Of a stretch of 56,937 bases of DNA, positions 9,159 through 17,869 are shown piece by piece. The stretch comes from an uncultured Candidatus Saccharibacteria bacterium (lineage in GTDB: Bacteria > Patescibacteriota > CAZHWT01), in NCBI GenBank assembly GCA_964597145.1, contig CAZQWH010000006.1, forward strand, positions 1-56,937. The letters are read 5' to 3'. The position numbers were made by a program, and so were the translations under genes. Within the stretch, counting starts at the first letter, position 1. Each line of letters starts with the position of its first letter. The notes below the pieces were generated by a model. It saw only the letters and a list, made by a program, of their open reading frames with translations. It was not told the DNA's origin and did no database searches.

Positions 9159-9196
9159 CCGAAATACAAAATTCGAAACTCAAAAAGCCCCTCCCC

Positions 9197-9330
9197 GTCA
9201 TCGTGCCTGTCCGCCTCTGGCGGAAGCTACGCCGTGGCGATCTTCTCCATATCAATCAAGACCTGCCCGCCATGCTTTCGCTGGCAAAGCAGGCAGGTTG
9301 CCGCAGTCGCTCACACTCCTTCGCCATGAC
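9197..9330. repeat. Family-A palindrome doublet with two nested hairpin insertions
   Basis: Left arm interrupted by CCTGTCCGCCTCTGGCGG; right arm interrupted by a 36-nt CCTGCCC..GCAGG insert (9262-9297). Confidence 0.85.
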
Positions 9331-9485
9331 GCATACTATTCTCACCAGACACCCCTTCCAACGGTTGACACCAACCGAGCAATTTAGTTACTCTAATAAG
9401 GGCACTACTAATTTTATATCCCCTATATTTATTAATTTGATAGCCATGCGAACTTTGTAGCTGAATCTATTCGGTATAGTTGAGT

Positions 9486-9595
9486 AAATTCAAAATATTA
9501 AATCAGAAATCAGAAACAAACCTGAAATGAGAATATTGCAAAAAAGTTTCTGATTTCTCGTTTCGTTGTTGTTTCGAATTTCAAATTTTGAATTT
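9486..9595. repeat. Cargo-less inverted pair of AAATTC(G/A)AAA-type arms
   Basis: AAATTCAAAAT (9486) / ATTTTGAATTT (9585) plus GAAATCAGAAAC / GTTTCTGATTTC. Confidence 0.7.
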
Positions 9596-9658
9596 CTAAT
9601 TTTATCGCCCAGGTATAGAAATTGAGTGCAGTGGCATACATAAGGGAATGTATTTTCT

Positions 9659-11281
9659 ATGGCAACCAAATATTTATTTGTTTCGGGCGGGGTAATTTCG
9701 GGCATTGGAAAAGGTATTACGTCGGCTTCGATTGGCACTCTGCTCAAAGCCTATGGGTATAAAGTAGCTGCCATGAAAATCGACATGTACTTTAACATAG
9801 ATGCGGGTACCTTGCGTCCCCAAGAACATGGCGAAGTATTTGTGACCAACGATGGTCTAGAAACCGACCAAGACTTAGGCAATTACGAAAGATTTCTCGA
9901 TACCCATTTAACCCAAGCTAGTTATTTAACCAACGGCATGCTCTACGATGCGGTGCTCAAAAAAGAGCGCGCCTTAGAATATGGTGGTATAACCGTGCAG
10001 CCCATCCCGCATATCACCAATGAAATCATAGATCGTATCAAGCAGGCGGGTAAAGAGAATAAGGCTGATATTGTCATAATTGAGCTGGGAGGCACGGTTG
10101 GCGATTATGAAAATGTCCTTTTCCTCGAAGCCTCGCGGATTATGAAGCTCCGTAATCCTCAAGATGTGTTCCAAATCCATTTAGGTTATTTACCAATCCC
10201 TGGTTCATTGGGTGAAATGAAATCAAAGCCAATTCAACAATCAGTGCGGATGCTCAACTCAATGGGCATCCAACCCGATATGATTGTCGGGCGAAGTGTA
10301 AAACCAATCGATAAAACCCGTCGTGAGAAAATCTCGTTATTCACCAATGTGCAACCCCAAGATGTAATCTCGGCCCGTGACGTGGATACTATTTACCAAG
10401 TACCATTAATTTTAGACCGTCAACAAGTGGCTGAACGACTTTTAGAAAAGTGTGGCTTACCTATTGGCCACAAAGACCTCAGTCGTTGGCAAGATTTAAA
10501 CGACCGTATTAACCAGGCAGTAAAGCCAGTTAAGATCGCCTTAGTTGGTAAATACTTCTCAACTGGTGATTTTGTATTAGAAGACGTGTACGTTTCAGTC
10601 ATCGAGGCTCTAAAGCATGCCAGCTGGAAAAATCATGTCTTGCCCGAGTTATATTGGGTCGATAGTGAAACCATTGAAGAGCAAGGCCCAGAGCAATTAG
10701 CCGAGATGGACGCAATTGTGGTGCCGGGCGGATTTGGAACGCGCGGGGTAGAGGGCATCTTATCTGCTATTCGTTATGCCCGTGAACAGCAGATTCCCTA
10801 TTTGGGATTGTGTTATGGCATGCAGTTAGCCAGCATCGAATATGCCCGCAATGTGGTGGGTTTGTCAGCTGCCGATACTACCGAAATTAATCCTCAAACC
10901 AAATATCCCATTATCCATATTATGCCCGATCAGGAAAAGAAGCTGCTAGACCGGGATTATGGGGCTTCAATGCGGCTGGGGTTGTGGGACTGCATATTGC
11001 AAAAAGGAAGTCAAACAGCTCAGGCATACGGCAAAACCAAAATAGCCGAACGCCATCGTCACCGCTATGAATTTAACAATGCCTATCGAGATCAACTGAT
11101 GAAGGCCGGCCTAGCTATAACTGGCACCTCGCCTAATGGTGAATTGGTGGAAGTCGTAGAGATTCCCGACCATCCCTTTTTTGTTGGCGTGCAATTCCAT
11201 CCCGAATTCTTATCCCGACCGACCGAAGGGCATCCATTATTTAACGCTTTTGTGAAAGCCGCGGTTGCTGAAGGTGATTAG
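9659..11281 (+). CDS. pyrG: CTP synthase
   Basis: GGVISGIGKG, ETDQDLG.YERF, GLCYGMQ, RHRHRYE, QFHPE. Confidence 0.98.
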   Translation: MATKYLFVSGGVISGIGKGITSASIGTLLKAYGYKVAAMKIDMYFNIDAGTLRPQEHGEVFVTNDGLETDQDLGNYERFLDTHLTQASYLTNGMLYDAVLKKERALEYGGITVQPIPHITNEIIDRIKQAGKENKADIVIIELGGTVGDYENVLFLEASRIMKLRNPQDVFQIHLGYLPIPGSLGEMKSKPIQQSVRMLNSMGIQPDMIVGRSVKPIDKTRREKISLFTNVQPQDVISARDVDTIYQVPLILDRQQVAERLLEKCGLPIGHKDLSRWQDLNDRINQAVKPVKIALVGKYFSTGDFVLEDVYVSVIEALKHASWKNHVLPELYWVDSETIEEQGPEQLAEMDAIVVPGGFGTRGVEGILSAIRYAREQQIPYLGLCYGMQLASIEYARNVVGLSAADTTEINPQTKYPIIHIMPDQEKKLLDRDYGASMRLGLWDCILQKGSQTAQAYGKTKIAERHRHRYEFNNAYRDQLMKAGLAITGTSPNGELVEVVEIPDHPFFVGVQFHPEFLSRPTEGHPLFNAFVKAAVAEGD

Positions 11282-11312
11282 AATACAGAGAGCGGAATAC
11301 GGAACGCATTCT

Positions 11313-11416
11313 GTCATCGCGAGCGGTAGCGCGGCGATCTTGCTTGAAGTAGATAGCGTTCAGCAATAACTCTGTGGTTGGTAACGTCATCCGGGAGCAA
11401 AAGCGGAGCCGGGAGA
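11313..11416 (+). repeat. Single family-A palindrome plus a degenerate CGTC variant
   Basis: GTCATCGCGAGCGGTAGCGCGGCGATC (11313-11339); CGTCATCCGGG.. from 11385. Confidence 0.7.
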
Positions 11417-11447
11417 TAAAACTCCTTCAGCAGCCAGCAGCAAAATA

Positions 11448-12194
11448 ATGAACCATAAACCATCACTCAAAAACCACAAAATAATTATCACGATCGATGG
11501 CCCGGCAGCTTCGGGAAAAGGTACTGCAGCCTACATTTTGGCGCGAGAATATGGATTGCTTAATCTCGACAGTGGAGCCTGTTATCGGGCCATTGCCTGG
11601 CTCGCCTTAGAGAGTGGTAGTAAAATTACAGAGGAAAACAGCCACAAGTTAGTCGAATTATTGAGGGACAATCCACTTAAGCTGGTGCCTAATTTTTCTG
11701 GAGAGGGCTCTAAATGTTTTGTCTTTGTTGGAGATAAAGATATTACCCACCTAATTCGCACCTCAGAGATTGGAAATGCAGCCTCTATAGTGGGGAACTT
11801 TCAAAAGGTGCGCCAGGTGGTTCGTGAGCATGAACATCACATAGCCGAGCAAAGTAAGGTTGGCATAGTGGTTGAAGGTCGCGATTCGGGAACAGTTGTA
11901 TTCCCCCAAGCAGACATAAAGTTCTTCCTGACTGCAGCGCCAGAAGAGCGAGCCGCCAGGCGTTTGGGTGAGTATGTAGTAGCGGCTAAAAACATCTCGT
12001 ATGAAGAGGTGTTAACCGAAATTGTCGAGCGGGATGAACGAGATACTAGTCGGGCATTTTCAGCCTTGCGCATCCCAGAGCATGCGTTTGTTGTCGATTC
12101 AACTAATTTAGAAATCGAACAAACATTGGCTATTATGAAGCAGCATATCAACGAGTTTCTCGAAGGCAAGCAGGTTGCAATACTGGAGGAGTGA
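11448..12194 (+). CDS. cmk: Cytidylate kinase
   Basis: IDGPAASGKGT, LDSGA.YR, EGRD.GTVVFP.A, RDERD. Confidence 0.96.
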   Translation: MNHKPSLKNHKIIITIDGPAASGKGTAAYILAREYGLLNLDSGACYRAIAWLALESGSKITEENSHKLVELLRDNPLKLVPNFSGEGSKCFVFVGDKDITHLIRTSEIGNAASIVGNFQKVRQVVREHEHHIAEQSKVGIVVEGRDSGTVVFPQADIKFFLTAAPEERAARRLGEYVVAAKNISYEEVLTEIVERDERDTSRAFSALRIPEHAFVVDSTNLEIEQTLAIMKQHINEFLEGKQVAILEE

Positions 12195-12242
12195 TATAAT
12201 CTTCTTCGTATTTCGTATATCTTAACGGTTAACTAAAAAACT

Positions 12243-12602
12243 ATGTTTCTACATATCGATACAACTCAACGACAGCAGATGGTAGTCCAGCTTCTAGCCG
12301 AAGGCGGTAAGGTAATTGCTGAATATAATGGCACCCAAAGCTTTAACCATGCCCAACATCTATTGCCTTCGATTAATAACTTAGTGCAGACTAATAACCT
12401 GACCTTAACTGACATATCGGCTATTACCGTTAATCCAGGCCCTGGGTCATTCACCGGAACGCGGGTGGGAGTGGCTGTAGCAAACGCACTTAGCTTCGCT
12501 TTAAACATCCCCGTCAACAATTTACCAGTCGGTCAAGCTCGACCTATATACGACCGCGAACCAAATATTTCCCAACCGAAGCAGAAAAATAGTAGAAAGT
12601 AG
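12243..12602 (+). CDS. tsaB: TsaB, short N-terminal-domain-only form
   Basis: IDT, HAQHLLP, PGPGSFTGTRVG. Confidence 0.88.
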   Translation: MFLHIDTTQRQQMVVQLLAEGGKVIAEYNGTQSFNHAQHLLPSINNLVQTNNLTLTDISAITVNPGPGSFTGTRVGVAVANALSFALNIPVNNLPVGQARPIYDREPNISQPKQKNSRK

Positions 12603-12616
12603 AGCCGACTCTCCCT

Positions 12617-12886
12617 GTCATTTTCGACCAACGTGGAGGAATCTTCCCGTGCTGGAGTAGTTGATAGAGCCACCAAGACCCGCCTGCCATGCTTTCGCTG
12701 GCAAAGCAGGCAGATTGCCACAGTCGCTCACGCTCCTTCGCAATGACATATACTACCTTCACCCGACACCCGACACCCTTCCCGTCATTCTGGAACGAAG
12801 CACAGCGAAGAGATAGAATCTCCTCCACAGTCCACAGTCCACAGTCCACAGTCCACAGTCCACAGTCCACAGTCCACAGTCCAAAG
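12617..12886 (+). mobile_element. Composite intergenic element: palindrome doublet with 36-nt insert, CCCGACA repeats, family-B palindrome, (TCCACAG)x8+TCCAAAG
   Basis: Doublet 12617-12747; GTCATTCTGGAACG..GATAGAATC 12784-12820; array 12824-12886. Confidence 0.75.
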
Positions 12887-12904
12887 CCTCCTGCTGCTTG
12901 TCTC

Positions 12905-12933
12905 TTGACAAAAGACCTATAGTATAATACAAT
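12905..12933 (+). promoter_or_regulatory. Promoter TTGACA-N17-TACAAT ending 7 nt before the ATG (leaderless)
   Basis: TTGACA 12905-12910, TACAAT 12928-12933, ATG 12941. Confidence 0.65.
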
Positions 12934-12940
12934 ATACTAT

Positions 12941-13339
12941 ATGTTTAGAAAGATGTCTGTATGGCAGATTTGGGGATTGGCATTTAGTCTAATTTTCCTG
13001 GATATTGCCTTAATTAGTTTATATTTTAGCCAACCAATCATGTTAAATGGCAGTAGTCGGTCAGATTGGGATTTCCGTATTGCCGAATTACGCCAGCTCG
13101 AGACCAAGCCTCAATCAGGTGTGGCCGGGGTAAGTATTAGCCGGAATTCGACAGCAATGTTTCCTACGCCAACTCCAATTCCTACCTTGGCTCCAACTCC
13201 AATTTCAACCCCAATTCTGTTTGAAACTACAGTACCATCAACTAATTCTCCGATAATTAAACCATGGCAAATGCCTTTTGGGTCGCTTTTTGGCATCCAA
13301 GACACCACCAGGGCCGATTTTAACGGACAAATCCTCTAA
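12941..13339 (+). CDS. Hypothetical protein with N-terminal TM and Pro/Thr-rich linker
   Basis: ORF with upstream promoter; PTPTPIPT. Confidence 0.65.
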   Translation: MFRKMSVWQIWGLAFSLIFLDIALISLYFSQPIMLNGSSRSDWDFRIAELRQLETKPQSGVAGVSISRNSTAMFPTPTPIPTLAPTPISTPILFETTVPSTNSPIIKPWQMPFGSLFGIQDTTRADFNGQIL

Positions 13340-13413
13340 TAGTATCCCTATAACAACATGACTATATAATTATAGGATTGACAACTGTCAATCTGGGGAG
13401 TATAGTCGCCGCC

Positions 13414-15225
13414 ATGAAGCGTTACATTTGGGTATCAGCTTCTGCCCGGCTATGTATAATTTTCAGCCTATCGTTCTGCCTGCTATTAAACCAGGTACTC
13501 TTTGGCAATCTGCCGGTGTTGGCCGACAGCTCAGAAATCACGCCTCCATCATTTTCCTACGACACGATCGAGTACAATCATGGTGGGTCTATCCATTTAA
13601 GTTACGACAATAGCCAGACAGCAATAGCCTGGTATCTCTGGGTTCTCCCGGTAAGCTCTGGTGGAGATATGACAGTTGGTCCAATATTGTTTTATCGTAC
13701 TGCTCAAGGGCCACCACCTACTTCACTATATTGGAATGCGCTCGATGCGCCCACTGGTGGCGCTCCTTATCCAGAAGGTAATTATATAGTGCGTTTTGAA
13801 GTAGCCTACCAGCAGCAATCTCGAACAACAACTGGACTACTCACGATTGGCGAGCCAGCCAATAACGGTAGTCCTGGTAAGCCACAGCTTTCCGCGAGCC
13901 CGCTTGTACAGGGTTTGGGTGGGACAATTTCCTTTAACTATACCCCAGTATCAACCTCCGATTTGCCAGTTTTTATGTGGCGATGGGGAATTATAGATGA
14001 CTCACCAGATAATTACACCTATACCCAACTTACGACACCACAAGGCAACCAGAGCTTAAGCCAATTACCAACCGAAGTACAATGGCAAGGTCTAGCAAGT
14101 GATGGGCGAGTGGTGCCCGCTGGAAATCACTACAAATTACTAGTTGAAATGCTACTATTAACCCAGAATGGGCTAGAATATACCAGTTTCAGCACGCTCG
14201 TGGAAGTGCAAGACGCCGCAACTATCCCCACCCCAACCATAACCCCATTGCCCTCACCATCACCTACACCCACCCCCATCCCATCCCCAACTCCTACCCC
14301 AGAAGGAGACGTACTCAGTCAAAACTACGCCACCCTCCACCCCGTGCTATTTATTCACGGACTAAACTCGTACCCCAGCATGTGGCAGGATACTGTGCAT
14401 GACACTGACTATTTTTCCCTGCTCAAGAAGTGGGAGTATCCTAGTGAATATCTAGCATCCTATACCTACACAGGTAAAGGCATTGGAATTGGCGAATACA
14501 ATAACCAAGGTCACATCCCTGATGCTGCTACTGGAATGCATGATGCCGTGCTAGCCCTAAGTGAAGTCTCTAAAAGTAATGGAGGTGATGGACAAGTAGA
14601 TATTGTGGCGCACTCGATGGGAGGATTGATTGCTCGGCAATATATTAAATCTTATAAACCCAGAGATTTAATCAGTAAACTCATTACAATTGGAACGCCA
14701 TTTGACGGTAGTTGGGTGTTGAAAGAATATAATAACTTGTCTAACTTCCCAATACCTCAAGTAAATATCAATCCACTTAAATCTCAAATTAGAGACTTCC
14801 TGCTTATAAACGAGGGTCTAGATTTAACTAGCTATGCAATTATAGATTTAACCCCAGGCAGTAAATTATTGAACAGCTTAGATTACTCGGACTTCAATAC
14901 GCATTATTATGCCTTATATGGTGATATTAACATCATTCCACATTTCGGATTGTTTAATCTAGTTTTAAGAGGCGAAAAATTAAATATTGGAGATCTTTTT
15001 GTCGATACACTTAGCGCTACCAAATTATCTACAGGCCAAGATCCGGCGAAGAGTATGTTTTATCAGTATGCACCGATAGCATTAAAATTAGTAAGTACTG
15101 GATGGTTTAGTTATAAACTAGAATTAGAGAACTCGGACATATTGAAACTTAAATACTCACATAATAATCTATTGTCACAACCAGATGTTCAGGATAGAAT
15201 TAAGTATATATTGGGAACAAATTAA
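13414..15225 (+). CDS. Secreted alpha/beta hydrolase (lipase/PGAP1-like) with two N-terminal beta-rich domains and a PT linker
   Basis: PVLFIHGL, DIVAHSMGGLIAR, LITIGTP..GS, GDL.V, SH; start taken at ATG 13414. Confidence 0.82.
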   Translation: MKRYIWVSASARLCIIFSLSFCLLLNQVLFGNLPVLADSSEITPPSFSYDTIEYNHGGSIHLSYDNSQTAIAWYLWVLPVSSGGDMTVGPILFYRTAQGPPPTSLYWNALDAPTGGAPYPEGNYIVRFEVAYQQQSRTTTGLLTIGEPANNGSPGKPQLSASPLVQGLGGTISFNYTPVSTSDLPVFMWRWGIIDDSPDNYTYTQLTTPQGNQSLSQLPTEVQWQGLASDGRVVPAGNHYKLLVEMLLLTQNGLEYTSFSTLVEVQDAATIPTPTITPLPSPSPTPTPIPSPTPTPEGDVLSQNYATLHPVLFIHGLNSYPSMWQDTVHDTDYFSLLKKWEYPSEYLASYTYTGKGIGIGEYNNQGHIPDAATGMHDAVLALSEVSKSNGGDGQVDIVAHSMGGLIARQYIKSYKPRDLISKLITIGTPFDGSWVLKEYNNLSNFPIPQVNINPLKSQIRDFLLINEGLDLTSYAIIDLTPGSKLLNSLDYSDFNTHYYALYGDINIIPHFGLFNLVLRGEKLNIGDLFVDTLSATKLSTGQDPAKSMFYQYAPIALKLVSTGWFSYKLELENSDILKLKYSHNNLLSQPDVQDRIKYILGTN

Positions 15226-15567
15226 GTGGTCAGACTTTTTCGTATTACATTGCTTTCAACCATTAATACCCTCGCCCTAGTCTTATTTCAGATGGCAGTT
15301 CTTGATTTTATGGTCAGTCTTATCCCATCATCAAGTTCAGGTGAGAAAGGTACAGTTTTAATTATTTATTACTTAGTTGGTGTTTATTCAAGCTATATTA
15401 TTGCTCCAGTTGCTCTTCTGATAACCTTCTTATTAATCCGATTATTGTCTAAGGCTCAAGCATTTCGTCACTCATGGCTGCTAAGTAAAGAGAAACTTAA
15501 CAGGGATTATTTGTATTCAGTGGTAGTGGCGATCTTTGCCCTAGCTTTATTTACTCTTATCCATTAA
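15226..15567 (+). CDS. Small 3-TM hypothetical protein directly after the hydrolase
   Basis: GTG start immediately follows the upstream stop codon; hydrophobic. Confidence 0.55.
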   Translation: MVRLFRITLLSTINTLALVLFQMAVLDFMVSLIPSSSSGEKGTVLIIYYLVGVYSSYIIAPVALLITFLLIRLLSKAQAFRHSWLLSKEKLNRDYLYSVVVAIFALALFTLIH

Positions 15568-15860
15568 GCAAGCGTAAATATTGGTTACAACTGCTTTGAA
15601 GCCTTTAACTGTTTAAAGATCAAAGTATTTACTGGGGAGCATATGTTAGCACACCGTACATAATCGCCAGTCTTTCACGATATTCAAGCTTAGAAAATGG
15701 CATAACTAAGAAAAATAGAGAAGTTCTCCTGAATAAATCGTTTTATTTGGAAGTATTATACCTTCATGTAATTTCTGCTTGGCTGTTTTGATGTTGGGTG
15801 CGTATAATGCAGGTAGTAATTAGATTTGTATTGCGAATCTAGAAGTTTGGGAGGATTTGT

Positions 15861-16424
15861 ATGAAGTTGCCGTCGTTTATTTATACGCGTCGTTGGTTTG
15901 TAATTATTGGCCTAGTGGTTACACTAGGTTGTTTGGTTGGTGTGCTTATCTATCAGAGTGGTCAAGATCGTAATAGAGAAGTTCAAGCAGATAATCTAAA
16001 AAACCAAGAAAGTAACCAAGAGAGTAGTAGCTCGGCACAACCATCTAACCAGTCCACCTCTTCGGCCTCAACTCCAACTACCAAGCCCACCTCAACCCAC
16101 AAAGCCTCTTCAGAAACTACTGTCCAAGCAGAGCAAGCCATGTTAGCCGTAAAAACGGCTATCGAAGCCAAGGATGGTCAGAAGCTGTATGAGCTGTTGA
16201 GTGCGGAAATGAAGTCAGTCTTCACCGTGGATTCGGTCGCCACCGCTTTTGCTCAGGCAGAAGGTCTAACCATTACTCCTGTAGAAGATCTACGCATTGC
16301 CGGTGAATGGGCAAGGCAAAATGTGCAAGCTATAGATCCAAGCGGCCAAACCATGCATTTTGGCGTGGTGCTACATTTAGAGAATGGTCAATGGAAATTG
16401 TATGGCACCGAAAAGCTAGGTTAA
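15861..16424 (+). CDS. Membrane-anchored hypothetical protein, Ser/Thr linker, NTF2-like C-terminus
   Basis: GGAGG Shine-Dalgarno; TM; ends L.LENGQWKL. Confidence 0.7.
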   Translation: MKLPSFIYTRRWFVIIGLVVTLGCLVGVLIYQSGQDRNREVQADNLKNQESNQESSSSAQPSNQSTSSASTPTTKPTSTHKASSETTVQAEQAMLAVKTAIEAKDGQKLYELLSAEMKSVFTVDSVATAFAQAEGLTITPVEDLRIAGEWARQNVQAIDPSGQTMHFGVVLHLENGQWKLYGTEKLG

Positions 16425-17422
16425 GATTTGGCCATCGAAATATCCGACTTAGCGCCATGCAGTGATAATCGAAAATAAGAAATCGCCCCAACCGTTGTTA
16501 CGGGGATAACTTGAGTGGCATGAAGCACTAAGGCGTAAGCGGCAGCCGCATCCGGGCTAACTCCAGCACCTAATGCCAATAAACTACCGATAGCTGCACC
16601 ATGAAACGTGCCAAAACCAGCTGGGGCAGAGGGTATTGCCGTTGCTAGGTTAGTTAGCGCAATCACAAACAGCCAATTCATAAGGGGCAGGTCAAAATTA
16701 AACGCCTGGCCAACCAAAAAGTACACCGTGCCCTCACAAATCCAATTGAGCACACTCGCAACAACGACCCAGCCAAAGATCTGGAAATTTCGCAGAGGCA
16801 GAACTCCGTTACGAAATTGTTTTAGCTGGTTAGCCCCGATATGGAACAATTTCTCCAGCCAGCCCGGCACCAACCCATAAGTCCATTGCCGCATGGCACT
16901 CCAGTGGTCTGCTTTGCCAAAGATCAGCCATAGCATAAAAACCATGGCTCCACCAAAGGCGATCATCCCCAACAGTAATACCGTATTTGTCCAGCTTGGA
17001 GCCGAAATGCTTTTGAGTGATAAAGCTAAAACACCCAGCAATAATAAACCATCCAAGATTCTGCCCAAGACAGTAACCGATAGCGATGAGCTAAGTGGAA
17101 TTTGCTCGTGTTGCCGTACCACATACGATAGCATGACTTCACCCGCTCGAGCAGGCAAAACATTATTAGCCATGTAGTTAATGGCAATATACTGATAAGA
17201 TCGACGCAAGCTAATCTTGCGCAACGGTCCTAAAATCACTTTGAATCGAAATCCGCGAAAAATAAAACTGGTTAGTGATACCAAGACTGCCGGGATTAAC
17301 CACCAATAGTCTGCCGATAGCAAGGTGTCAATAACCTCTTGCGGGTCAATAATAAAAGCTAACAACAAAATAAAGGCAATGCTAATAAGCATACCCAACC
17401 AAGGCATAATCTTAGATTTCAT
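16421..17422 (-). CDS. Lysylphosphatidylglycerol-synthase TM / flippase-like domain protein (UPF0104)
   Basis: NNVLPARAGE, GRILD, IPSAPAGFGTF. Confidence 0.85.
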   Translation of the reverse strand: MKSKIMPWLGMLISIAFILLLAFIIDPQEVIDTLLSADYWWLIPAVLVSLTSFIFRGFRFKVILGPLRKISLRRSYQYIAINYMANNVLPARAGEVMLSYVVRQHEQIPLSSSLSVTVLGRILDGLLLLGVLALSLKSISAPSWTNTVLLLGMIAFGGAMVFMLWLIFGKADHWSAMRQWTYGLVPGWLEKLFHIGANQLKQFRNGVLPLRNFQIFGWVVVASVLNWICEGTVYFLVGQAFNFDLPLMNWLFVIALTNLATAIPSAPAGFGTFHGAAIGSLLALGAGVSPDAAAAYALVLHATQVIPVTTVGAISYFRLSLHGAKSDISMAKS

Positions 17423-17508
17423 ACCTTATTAGGTTACAGGTTTATGGGGTCTTGAGGCAAGAGGACAATGAGATACCGAGAGACGGGGGGCAGAAAATGA
17501 AGGAGCAA

Positions 17509-17795
17509 GACTTTTGACTTTGGACTGTGGACTGCTGGACAGTTAAATACCAAATTCAAAACTTGAAATTAGAAACAAATCCCAAGCTCGAAATCAGAAA
17601 TACCAAACCCATAAACCTAAAAACTATAAACTATAAACTATAAACCTAAACCCCGATCCGATATACGATATACGAAATACGATCTACAACCCCCTTCCCG
17701 TCATTCTGGAACGAAGCGCAGTGAAGAGATAGAATCCCTTCCAAAGTCCAAAGTCCAAAGTCCAAAGTCCAAAGTCCAAAGTCCAAAGTCCAAAG
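17509..17795 (+). mobile_element. Composite intergenic element (TGGACT arm, AAATTC block, TATAAAC and ATACGA arrays, family-B palindrome, (TCCAAAG)x8)
   Basis: Palindrome 17700-17736; array 17740-17795; block 17546-17609 is 63/64 identical to 27397-27460. Confidence 0.8.
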
Positions 17796-17869
17796 CCTCA
17801 CAACTCAACATATCGTATAATTAAATTAATGAGATTTATAAACAGTCATCAACACCAAACCCACTCTGC

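Noticed and set aside
12243..12602. tsaB as a pseudogene because it is short
   Set aside because: Clean ORF with an intact GPGSFTG motif and no downstream remnant; short forms are plausible in reduced genomes
12824..12886. Heptamer arrays as CRISPR arrays
   Set aside because: 7-nt units with no unique spacers, and no cas genes in the window
12533..12922. ORFs 12533-12721, 12544-12870 and 12689-12922 (also 9140-9460, 9490-9747, 27244-27429, 55033-55269)
   Set aside because: They are translations of repeat elements (e.g. DCGLWTV, VHSPQST) or antisense shadows
14221..14300. C-rich repeats in the hydrolase gene
   Set aside because: They encode an ordinary Pro/Thr linker
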